Of a DNA stretch of 64,000 nucleotides, positions 1 through 8,398 are shown in pieces. Position numbers and translations under genes: made by a program. Location: assembly GCA_965221775.1 (NCBI GenBank), contig CBDCSU010000004.1:704001-768000 (forward strand), read 5' to 3'. Source of the DNA: Candidatus Latescibacterota bacterium. GTDB lineage: Bacteria; Latescibacterota; UBA2968; UBA8231. The first letter of the stretch is position 1. Each line of letters starts with the position of its first letter. Below the pieces are notes generated by a model. That model saw only the letters and a program-made list of their open reading frames with translations. It was not told the DNA's origin and searched no databases.

Positions 1-1398
1 CCGGGCATCTGGTCCCGGGCCTTCGGCTACAACACCCGCTTCGGCTGGGGCTACCGGGCGCGCGCCACCGACAGCCACCCGGACATGTACGTCCCCCGGG
101 GCCGTCTGGTGGGCGGCTCCAGCGCCGTCAACGCCCAGATCTTCCTGCGCGGCGTCCCGGAGGACTACGACGGCTGGGCCGCGGCCGGCAACCCGGAGTG
201 GGCCTGGGAGAAGGTCCTGCCCTGCCTGAAGCGGATCGAGGCCGACCCCGACTTCGACGGCGACTTCCACGGCGCCGAGGGGCCGATCCCAGTCCACCGC
301 TTCCGTTACGAGGCCTGCGCCGCCGAGCAGAAGGCCTTCTACGACGCCCTGCGCGACCGGGGCCAGGCGGACTGCCCGGACCACAACGACCCGGACTCCA
401 CCGGCGTCGGCCCCCTGCCGCTGAACAACGCCGGCGGCATCCGCTGGAGCGCCGCCCTCGGCTACCTGACCGCCGAGGTTCGGGCGCGCCCGAACCTGGA
501 GATCCGCGGCGACGCCCCGGCCGGGCGGGTCCTCGTCGAAGGGGGCCGCGCCGCGGCCGTTGAGGTCCGCGGTCCCGCCGGCGCGGAGCGCATCGCCGCC
601 GGTGAGATCCTGCTCACGGGCGGGGCCATCGGCTCCCCCCAGCTGCTGCTGCTCTCCGGCATCGGACCCGCCGGTGACCTGGAGGCCCTCGGCATCCCGG
701 TGCAGGCGGACCTGCCGGGGGTGGGCGGCAACCTGCGCTGTCACCCCCAGTGCGGCCTCAGCGTCGAGGCGGAGCCCGCCTTCCTCGGCACCGGGGAAGG
801 TCCGGCCCTCCAGATGGGGTGCCGCTACACCGCCGCCGGCTCCAACCTGCGCAACGACATGTTCCTCCACCCCGGCTCCAGCGCCCCCCGGGGCGGCTAC
901 TACAACGACGCCGAGATCGTCGGCTTCAACCTGGTGGCCTCCATCTACCTGGCCGCCGGCGCCGGCAGCCTGCGCCTGGCCTCCGCCGATCCCGGGCGCC
1001 GGCCGCTGCTCGACTACAACTACCTCGCAGAGTCCGTCGATCTCGACCGCATGCGCGAGGGGGTGCGGATCCTGCTCGACCTGATCGAGCACGAGGCCTT
1101 CCGCGGGATCTCCCGGGGGCCGCTGAACATCTCCCCCGCCGACACCGCCTCCGACGCCGCCCTCGACGACTGGATGCGCCGCGTCGTGGCCACCAGCCAC
1201 CACGTCTCGGGCACCTGCAAGATGGGCCCCGACAGCGACGCCGCGGCCGTCGTCGACGAGTGCGGCCGGGTGAAGGGGGTGGAGGGCCTGCGGGTGGCCG
1301 ACGCCTCGATCATGCACGACTGCATCCGCGCCAACACCAACTACACGACCATGATGATCGCCGAGCGCCTAGCCGACCTCATGGCCGAAGGCCGCTGA
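1..1398 (+). CDS. GMC (glucose-methanol-choline) family oxidoreductase, choline dehydrogenase-like; 5' end outside window
   Basis: Frame open from base 1; motifs PRGRLVGGSSAVNAQIFLRG, GAIGSPQLLLLSGIG, GVGGNL, HVSGTCKMG, GLRVADASIM, ANTNYTTMMIAER. Confidence 0.93.
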   Translation, partial: PGIWSRAFGYNTRFGWGYRARATDSHPDMYVPRGRLVGGSSAVNAQIFLRGVPEDYDGWAAAGNPEWAWEKVLPCLKRIEADPDFDGDFHGAEGPIPVHRFRYEACAAEQKAFYDALRDRGQADCPDHNDPDSTGVGPLPLNNAGGIRWSAALGYLTAEVRARPNLEIRGDAPAGRVLVEGGRAAAVEVRGPAGAERIAAGEILLTGGAIGSPQLLLLSGIGPAGDLEALGIPVQADLPGVGGNLRCHPQCGLSVEAEPAFLGTGEGPALQMGCRYTAAGSNLRNDMFLHPGSSAPRGGYYNDAEIVGFNLVASIYLAAGAGSLRLASADPGRRPLLDYNYLAESVDLDRMREGVRILLDLIEHEAFRGISRGPLNISPADTASDAALDDWMRRVVATSHHVSGTCKMGPDSDAAAVVDECGRVKGVEGLRVADASIMHDCIRANTNYTTMMIAERLADLMAEGR

Positions 1399-1421
1399 GG
1401 GACGCGGCCGCACCGAGGGGG

Positions 1422-4109
1422 CTACGGGCCCAGGTACACCGTCTTCCGCACGCTCTCCAATCCGCCCTCGAGATAGAGGGCGATGAAATAGACTCCCGAT
1501 CCTCTTTCCCGGGGGGTCCACTCGAACCGGCTCACTCCCGCGCCGAGGACCTCGTCCACCAGTACTTCCTCAAGCTGGCCAAGGGTGTTGTAGACCTCGA
1601 GGGTAACCGCTTTCGGGCTGCCCAGAGTGAGATCGAGCCCAACTGTAGAGAAAGACGGATTGGGATACGCCTCTGACAGATCGAACTCTCTGCTCCCGAG
1701 GGGCCCGTACACGCTGTTGACCTGACCCGGGGTCCCCCCCTCCTCCAAGGAAGCCAGCCACTGAAGGGGATCGGCATTGTCCCCTCCAGGGCCACGCAAC
1801 TCCAGCGTGGTACCATCCCTGCGAATCTCCTCCGGCCACGGCCAACGGTCCGAATAGGTGACGGAGTCGACCAGCCGTCCCTGGCGGTCGTAGAGGCGGA
1901 CCCGCTCTCCACTGCTTCGGAACCCGAATTCGAAGTCTCCCACACAGTCCACCCCCAGAAGCGCTTCCAGCGCCCCCCCATCCTGACACAGCACGAGGAA
2001 CCCGCGCGGCAGGACAACCGTGCCATGGGGAAGCACGAAGGAGTGCTGGTCATCGTCATCCTGCAGGTACCACCCCGAGAGATTCACGATGGCATCACTC
2101 GGGTTGTGGAGTTCGACCCAATCTCCCGTATCCAGGTCATCCGCGGAGTGGTAGTCTATCTCATTGATCACGACACCGGCCTGCACCAGACCGACGGAGC
2201 GGTCCTGTCGATTGACGCGAGCCACGATCGTTCCCAGGGCCGGCGTGAGCAGCTTCATCGTGTCGCCAAGGGCGATGTCGAAGAAGAGATCCCCCAGTAT
2301 CCGGTCACCCCCCAAAGAGTCCGTAGCCGCCGCCCTGTCCGTGGTGAGCAGGAGGTCGGCTCCCGCAGCAATCTCAGTCCCCGGTGGAAACATGAAGCGG
2401 TTGAAGTACTCCCCGGACTGGAAGCTGCAATAGGAAAGATCCAGCCTCGACTCGCCGGTATTGGCTATCCTGACGGAATGCTCCTTGCCCCTTCGCTGAG
2501 GGTCCTCGATTCGCAGGTGCCGATAGTCCTCGATACCGGCGTTGTTCACATTCAAGGCGAAGGTCTTCGTAGCCGTGTAGTTGATGTAGTACAGGCCATT
2601 GTGGGGATACCTGTACTCTCCCGCTCTGAAGCAGTAGGGAACGAGGCCGGTGTACCCCTCCGGCAAGCGCAGACGGTTGCCGTAGACGAGATCTCCCGCC
2701 AGCAAGTCATCATGCTGGCCATCGTCGAAGAGGACGAGTTCCTGCACCGTAATCGGCTCCCCCCGAGTCCCGTAGGAGGACAAGTCCGTGACGTACTCGA
2801 CCACCAGGCTCTGGGGTTCTGGAGAAGTGGCGCGAAAGACCACGCTTCGATCCTCGCCACGGGGTGAGGGAAATGGATTCGAACAGTACAGATTCGTCAG
2901 GGGTCTTGTCTCGAAGAATCTGAAATCCGTCAGGAACGACTTCCTCGCCGCCAGGAAGTCCTTCACGCGTCTTACCTCCATGTCGAATTCCGCGTTGGTC
3001 CCGACCTTGGCCGGATCCCGGTAGACGTCCGATCTGATCAGCTCGTACGTCAGGTCGATCTGCGCTTCCAAGGCGTCGAAGCCGTAGTCGATGACGACAC
3101 TCACCTGCCTCCAGAACGACTCTCGCCACTGCTCGTGTTCCATCAGCCTCCGAAAGAGCAGATGGTTGCTGAGGAATCGACTCTGGAAGATCGTCTCATA
3201 GTATGGCCGGTATTGACCCGTCCAGTGGTTGCCGAAGGAGCTGTCCTGATCCCAGGGGAATATCCGATGGCGATTCTCCTTCGGGTCGAAGAACAGCAAG
3301 GTGTTCTTCGTCAGAGAATCGAAGCTGGAGATCGAGTAGGCGACGGCGAAGAACCGAAGCACGTCTTCCACGTCCAGCAGGAGAGGCGCCTGCTCTTCAA
3401 AGTCCTCATGGCTCAGGTAGAACAGCTGGTTCAAGAGTCGCTGGACATCGGAGTAATCCGAGTCATCCCCTACTTTCTTGTTCCAGGTGGAACGGTAGCT
3501 GTCGTAGTCCAGTAGGGGTGCGGTGCTGCCCCCGTGATCTTCGGACTTGTAGAGGTCACCGCCTTCATGGCCGTAGCGGCGCAGGAAGTCGCGATTCGGC
3601 TCTTCGAGATGGACAAAGACGCCCATGTACTGATCGTTTACGATCAGGTTGACGTGCCTGGCATTCGGAGCTGCATGGCCGAGGAACTGATACAGCTTCA
3701 TGGCAAGGGTGTTGCGCATCAGCGAGATGTCTCTGTACTCGGCGTTGAGATTGAGCTCCTTGCTTGCGAACGGATTGGATCGATCTTCAAACCAGACCTT
3801 CCAGCTCTTCTTTGGAAGAGTCCGGACCGTGGCGCCGCGGAATCGCACCTCGCACTCGTAGCTCTGTCCTGCCCAGAGCATCCGGGCAGGATAGCGAACC
3901 GCGCTGCGGGGAGAGCCGTACAGGGCCTTCAGATGGCCGGGATCGATAGTCAGACGATAGACGGGCAGGTTGAACTCCTGATCCTGGGCGTGCAGGCACA
4001 TCGCCTGCATGCTCGAGAGCAAGCAGGCCCAGAGACTCAGGGCCGGGAGGTTCTCCCTGAACCTGGACACGCCGGTCGGACTCTTCCGCGGATCAGACCG
4101 CAACGTCAT
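1422..4109 (-). CDS. Secreted CotH kinase family protein with lamin-tail domain(s) and FlgD/T9SS-like C-terminal sorting domain
   Basis: Signal-like N-terminus (ALSLWACLLSSMQAMCLHA); CotH motifs VRFRG..PKKSWKV, LNLNAEYRD..MRN, YMGVFVHLE, IFPWDQDSSFG; LTD motif VVINEIDY..DWVELHN..NLSGWYL..GTPG.VN; C-terminal AYPNP..LEVYNTLGQ..SGVYF. Confidence 0.88.
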   Translation of the reverse strand: MTLRSDPRKSPTGVSRFRENLPALSLWACLLSSMQAMCLHAQDQEFNLPVYRLTIDPGHLKALYGSPRSAVRYPARMLWAGQSYECEVRFRGATVRTLPKKSWKVWFEDRSNPFASKELNLNAEYRDISLMRNTLAMKLYQFLGHAAPNARHVNLIVNDQYMGVFVHLEEPNRDFLRRYGHEGGDLYKSEDHGGSTAPLLDYDSYRSTWNKKVGDDSDYSDVQRLLNQLFYLSHEDFEEQAPLLLDVEDVLRFFAVAYSISSFDSLTKNTLLFFDPKENRHRIFPWDQDSSFGNHWTGQYRPYYETIFQSRFLSNHLLFRRLMEHEQWRESFWRQVSVVIDYGFDALEAQIDLTYELIRSDVYRDPAKVGTNAEFDMEVRRVKDFLAARKSFLTDFRFFETRPLTNLYCSNPFPSPRGEDRSVVFRATSPEPQSLVVEYVTDLSSYGTRGEPITVQELVLFDDGQHDDLLAGDLVYGNRLRLPEGYTGLVPYCFRAGEYRYPHNGLYYINYTATKTFALNVNNAGIEDYRHLRIEDPQRRGKEHSVRIANTGESRLDLSYCSFQSGEYFNRFMFPPGTEIAAGADLLLTTDRAAATDSLGGDRILGDLFFDIALGDTMKLLTPALGTIVARVNRQDRSVGLVQAGVVINEIDYHSADDLDTGDWVELHNPSDAIVNLSGWYLQDDDDQHSFVLPHGTVVLPRGFLVLCQDGGALEALLGVDCVGDFEFGFRSSGERVRLYDRQGRLVDSVTYSDRWPWPEEIRRDGTTLELRGPGGDNADPLQWLASLEEGGTPGQVNSVYGPLGSREFDLSEAYPNPSFSTVGLDLTLGSPKAVTLEVYNTLGQLEEVLVDEVLGAGVSRFEWTPRERGSGVYFIALYLEGGLESVRKTVYLGP

Positions 4110-4863
4110 CTCCCCTGCCGATTCGTTCCAGACAGCTGTCGATGACGTAGCGGTACTTCGAGTATCCGCGCTGCACCAGGGAGAAGCGTTTCACCAGGTC
4201 CAGGGCCCAGAAAGGCACCAGGGACTCGGTCTTGATCTCCACGACGACGGGAGAGCCCGCCCACTGCGCGGTGACCTCGTCGTCGTAGTAGCTCATCTCC
4301 TCGTCCCGGCTCCACAGGTCGTATGAACCGCTCATCAGCCGGTAGCGCATGGCGCGGTCGAAGGTTATGCGGCCGTAGGCGTCGACCTCGCTCACGTAGG
4401 GCTCCCGCTCATAGCGCACGTGAAGGACCGGTTCGGTACCGTACAGGTGGTGCAGGTCGACGAAGGAACGGGGCATGGTCTCGTGGCGGGGCGACGTGCG
4501 ATCCTCCCTGGCCACTTGAAGCACCCCGGGCCACTCGCTCGTGGCAATGCGCTCGCGGACCTTCCAGACGGTGTGGCTGTGCCGGTACTTGACCTCGAGG
4601 GTAGCCGAGCCGGCTTGGCCGGTTCCGTAGTAGCGGACCCTCGGCTTGAAGCGCAACAGCTGGCGTAGCCTGGTGTCGTTGTAGAAACGCAACCCCGGAG
4701 TGTCCATGTACACGCTGTTCACCGTGTAGTGTGCCTGCTCCGCGGGGAGGTTGGCGTCGAGGGTGAACAGCGGTTGAATGAACTGGCGGATCTCCGCAGC
4801 CAGTTCCTCGGTCACGGTGTATTTCAACTCGTACCGGTGGATGGGAGAGAGGTCAATCGCCAT
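4093..4863 (-). CDS. VTC / polyphosphate polymerase (CYTH-like) domain protein
   Basis: RYELKY, YTVNSVYMDT, RFKPRVRYYG, LEVKYR, VRYEREPY, RITFD, VVEIK, YSKY; start placed at MAIDLS (4863). Confidence 0.88.
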   Translation of the reverse strand: MAIDLSPIHRYELKYTVTEELAAEIRQFIQPLFTLDANLPAEQAHYTVNSVYMDTPGLRFYNDTRLRQLLRFKPRVRYYGTGQAGSATLEVKYRHSHTVWKVRERIATSEWPGVLQVAREDRTSPRHETMPRSFVDLHHLYGTEPVLHVRYEREPYVSEVDAYGRITFDRAMRYRLMSGSYDLWSRDEEMSYYDDEVTAQWAGSPVVVEIKTESLVPFWALDLVKRFSLVQRGYSKYRYVIDSCLERIGRGDDVAV

Positions 4864-6163
4864 GGCCCCTCGCCTGCCGCGGCAGCGACTGCGGACCGCC
4901 GATCCCCAGCTCGTAGTACAGGAAGTAGAGGGCGTGGGACAGATTGCGCTCGCCCTCGGCGATGGCGACCCGTGCATCCATGATCGTGCGCTCCAGCTCC
5001 AGGATCTCGTCCGCCGGCACCGTGGGATGGTCGTGCGTCCGGACCACCACGAGCGACGCGGCCTGGATGATGGTTTCGGCCTCCCGTCGAGTCAGGTTGC
5101 GGGCGAGCAACGCCTCGGTGTAGTCCGAGAGACCCTCGCAGACCTCGTCGGCAATGCGCTCCCGAACCGATTCCGCCTCCCGCTCGCTCTCCGACACCGC
5201 AAGGGAGAGGCCGGCGAGGTTGTCCGCATTGCGGTTGAACAGAGGGAGCTCTACCCCGAAGGTCAGCTCGTGCCAGTCGTCTTCGGCCCTCTCGACATGT
5301 CGCGACATCTCCAGGAAGGACAACTGCGGCAGCAGCCGCCGGCTCTCGAAGTGGCGCCGGTCGAGGGCGAGCCGATGCCTCTCCTCCGCCAGCCGAAGCT
5401 CCGGGCGGTTGGCCCAGGCGAGGGCCACGAGCTCTTCCTCACTCCCAACGATCTCCGGAAGCGGCTCGGCGGCCAGCTGGATCCGCGCAGAGACGCCCGT
5501 CAGGCGCCGCAGCCTGCGTTCCTCCTCCCGCAGCGCATGCAGGCTTCGAAGGTGGGTCTGCCGCGCCTCGGCGACGGCGGTCCTGGCCTTGGTGAAGTAC
5601 ACAATCGACCGCCGGCCGAGATCGACCATGGTCTCGATCTGGGAGATCCGCCGGCTCTCGTTGTCGATCCGCCCGGCTGCCAGGCGTGCCAGCTCAGCGT
5701 ACATGGTGAGGTCGGCGCAGGACCGGCGCACCCGCGAGGCCAGCCAGTGCCGTCCGCGGATCGCCTCGGCCCTGCGCTCCCACATGGTCACCTGCTTCCG
5801 CTGTCTGCGCATCCTCGCTTCGCCAGGTGCTGGCGGACGCCAGCGGATGCCGATCTCGAGCTCGTCGACTCGGGCCCTCCCGCGCCGGGCGGCCAGGTTG
5901 CGCACGCGGATCTCGGGATTGTCGATCCAGTCGAGGGAGCGCATGCGGTACGTGCGGAGATCGGCCTCCGACTCGAGCAAGCCAACGCGGGGGTTGTTGC
6001 GCAGACCGATGGCCACCGTCTCTTCGATGGTCAGAGTCAGCTCCTCCCTGCCGCCGCCGGCGGCCCCCGGGTCCTGGCCGCCCTCGCTCGGGGCCGCAGT
6101 CGAGCAGAGGCTGACGCCGAAGGGGACCAGCACAGCCGCGAGAGACCGGCCGCCGCGCTTCAT
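4853..6163 (-). CDS. TolC family outer-membrane efflux protein
   Basis: Signal peptide; LTLTIEETVAIGLRNNP, LVALAWANRPELR, GVELPLFNRN; adjacent to HlyD gene. Confidence 0.8.
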   Translation of the reverse strand: MKRGGRSLAAVLVPFGVSLCSTAAPSEGGQDPGAAGGGREELTLTIEETVAIGLRNNPRVGLLESEADLRTYRMRSLDWIDNPEIRVRNLAARRGRARVDELEIGIRWRPPAPGEARMRRQRKQVTMWERRAEAIRGRHWLASRVRRSCADLTMYAELARLAAGRIDNESRRISQIETMVDLGRRSIVYFTKARTAVAEARQTHLRSLHALREEERRLRRLTGVSARIQLAAEPLPEIVGSEEELVALAWANRPELRLAEERHRLALDRRHFESRRLLPQLSFLEMSRHVERAEDDWHELTFGVELPLFNRNADNLAGLSLAVSESEREAESVRERIADEVCEGLSDYTEALLARNLTRREAETIIQAASLVVVRTHDHPTVPADEILELERTIMDARVAIAEGERNLSHALYFLYYELGIGGPQSLPRQARGHGD

Positions 6164-7215
6164 GGGCCCGCTCTCCCGAGCACGGAGGATCGATCGATGA
6201 AGCCCACGCGCACAGACTCACCAGGCAGCAGAAGGTGACCGGCCTCGAGGACGACGCGGACCTTCCGGGCCCACAGCATCTGCCCGCGAAGCCACAGCCG
6301 CTCCGGCATCGGTGAGTACCCTGGATGGACGAAGTCGATCCGCCCCCGGGCGTCGAAGTCGCCCGACCGTCTCGACATCACTTCCACCGCCTGGCCGACC
6401 TGCAACTGCAGGTCCTCCGTCTCCGGGACGTAGACTTCCACCACGGAGGCCTGGGCACTCTCCACGGTGACGATGGGCAGGAAGGCGTCGACCGTACTGC
6501 CCGGCAGAGCCAGGATCCGGGAAACCAGGCCATTGGAAGGCGACCGGACCGTTCGATACTCGATGCGCTGGTCGATGAGCGTGATCGACTGACGGACCTC
6601 GTGGATGCGCTGCAGGCGGTCTCCGAGAAGTGAGGTCAGGATACTGTCGCCGAAGGCGGCCGAATCGTCGCTGCCGAGGTGCACCACTTCGGGCCGGATG
6701 AGCGCCGACTGTTCGGCGACGGACCGCGCCAGGACATCGCGGCGAATGGTCATGCGGGTCAGATCGCGGTCATGGCCCAGGCCGGCCTTCTCCGCGGCCA
6801 CCAGCGCCTCGATCTCCCGGCTGAGGGCATCGAGCTCGGCTTCCTCCGCCTGTACCTGGGCGTATCGCTCGGACACGCGCAGCCGCAGCAGGTCGTACTC
6901 GACGTGGTAGCGGCGCCGGTCCGCCGCCGCGATCGACTCCAGGACGGCCAGCTCTTCCGCACGCAGCCGCCTCTCCGCCGACAGGTCCGACACGTCCAGG
7001 CGAGCCAGGACCTGTCCGGCCGCGACGGCCTGGCCCACTGCGGCGTGCATCTCGTGGATGGTTCCCCCCTCGCGGGCCCCCACCGACTGCACCGTGGACA
7101 CGACGGTGCCCACCAGGTACGGATCGACCTGCCACTGCCAGTAGCCGTAGACGGCCGCCATCACGGCCACCGCCCACAGGGCACGGAAGGAGTTCCTCGT
7201 CAGCCAACGCTTCAT
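6160..7215 (-). CDS. HlyD family membrane-fusion (periplasmic adaptor) protein
   Basis: N-terminal TM; lipoyl half-motifs GTIHEMHAAVGQAVAAGQVLARLD and VRSPSNGLVSRI flanking a coiled coil; beta-barrel ending LLPGESVRV. Confidence 0.85.
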   Translation of the reverse strand: MKRWLTRNSFRALWAVAVMAAVYGYWQWQVDPYLVGTVVSTVQSVGAREGGTIHEMHAAVGQAVAAGQVLARLDVSDLSAERRLRAEELAVLESIAAADRRRYHVEYDLLRLRVSERYAQVQAEEAELDALSREIEALVAAEKAGLGHDRDLTRMTIRRDVLARSVAEQSALIRPEVVHLGSDDSAAFGDSILTSLLGDRLQRIHEVRQSITLIDQRIEYRTVRSPSNGLVSRILALPGSTVDAFLPIVTVESAQASVVEVYVPETEDLQLQVGQAVEVMSRRSGDFDARGRIDFVHPGYSPMPERLWLRGQMLWARKVRVVLEAGHLLLPGESVRVGFIDRSSVLGRAGP

Positions 7216-7218
7216 GGG

Positions 7219-7899
7219 CTACACCTCCACTGCAGAGGTGTGGTTCATGAAGGTCAACCCGCGAAGGCCCTCGATCCGTCCCAAGGCCTCGATCAATCGC
7301 GTCGAGTCCGCCTCCCGGACGAGCTTGACCTGGTATGTGCAGTCCACGAGATCGCCCTGGGCCACGTCGCGCATCGTCACCAGGCCGAAGGTCCGCGGTA
7401 TCTGCTGAAACACCTGGGCCACCTGGGCGGCGAAGTCCGGCGCCGCCGGGATCTGGAAGCGCACGAGTCCATCGAACTTCATGCGCGTGCCGAAGAGAGA
7501 GGAGTGCATGAGCACGGCGGTGGTACAGAACAGGGCGGTGGCGAGGGTGGCAGCGATGTAGCTCTGCACCCCGCTGGCCACGCCCGCACCGAGAGCGGCG
7601 AAGAGGAACACCAGGTCCCGGGGATCGCGCAGGTTGGTGCGGAAGCGGATGATCGCCAGCGATCCCACGATACCGATGCCCCTGGCCACGTTGTCGCCGA
7701 TGGCGATCATCAGCAGACAGGTGATGAGGCTGCCCAGCCCCATGGTCTCCATCAGACCCCGCGACCAGGACAGGCCATGGAACGTCCACTCGTACACCAT
7801 TGCGATCGTGCTCGACAGGCAGAAGGCGAATACCAGGGAGAGCAGCACCGTATTCCAGTGGAGCTTGATCGTCCCGAAATCGAGCAGCAGACTGTCCAT
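7219..7899 (-). CDS. DUF4956 domain membrane protein
   Basis: IGDNVARGIGIVGSLAIIRFRTNLRDPRDLVFLFAALGAGVASG signature; ATG at 7899 with AAGGAG RBS. Confidence 0.88.
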   Translation of the reverse strand: MDSLLLDFGTIKLHWNTVLLSLVFAFCLSSTIAMVYEWTFHGLSWSRGLMETMGLGSLITCLLMIAIGDNVARGIGIVGSLAIIRFRTNLRDPRDLVFLFAALGAGVASGVQSYIAATLATALFCTTAVLMHSSLFGTRMKFDGLVRFQIPAAPDFAAQVAQVFQQIPRTFGLVTMRDVAQGDLVDCTYQVKLVREADSTRLIEALGRIEGLRGLTFMNHTSAVEV

Positions 7900-7935
7900 C
7901 AGCTGGTCTCCTTTGGCGTCGTGCCACGTGTGGCA

Positions 7936-7951
7936 TGCAAGAATTGTGCCG
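7936..7951 (-). promoter_or_regulatory. sigma54 (-24/-12) promoter of the DUF4956-HlyD-TolC-VTC-CotH operon
   Basis: Minus strand reads CGGCACAATTCTTGCA: GG-N10-GC, close to consensus TGGCACG-N4-TTGCW, 37 bp before the ATG. Confidence 0.8.
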
Positions 7952-8043
7952 TCCACAGGGCCGCCTGCCGCAGCACCCGCCACCGGCCAGTCTCTGCCCG
8001 CACCCCCGACTGTGGGCCTGCAGAGGCAGGGCGCATCGGAGCT

Positions 8044-8125
8044 CTCCGGCTCTCGGGACAACCGCCTCTTCCGCTTTCCTGGACGGGCACTCGGCCCAGT
8101 GGGGGGTCAGTCCGATTCTCCGGAC
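8044..8125. promoter_or_regulatory. Putative bEBP enhancer (UAS) array
   Basis: Perfect-arm palindrome GTCCG-ATTCTC-CGGAC at 8110-8125; degenerate copies TTCCG-CTTTCC-TGGAC at 8069-8084 and CTCCG-GCTCTC-GGGAC at 8044-8059. Confidence 0.65.
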
Positions 8126-8398
8126 CGGTGCTCTTGACCCATCCGCCAAGGGACGCACCCAGCTGGCACGGGGCATTGAAGACCGCCGGCCGCACCGGTC
8201 CGGCGCGGCCAAGGGCAGGAGATCAGGGTGCTGGCGCTATCGGCGCGCTACGAAGGAGAGCGCCGAGCGCTTCTCAAGAGGCGAGTACTCGCGCCGAGGG
8301 GCGTACGAGGAACCAGCTTCACGGCATGCATGGGGCTGCAGGAGGACGAGCGGGTCGAGGACGACGCAGAGGTCGCGTCTCCCCGGGACTGGCGCCAA

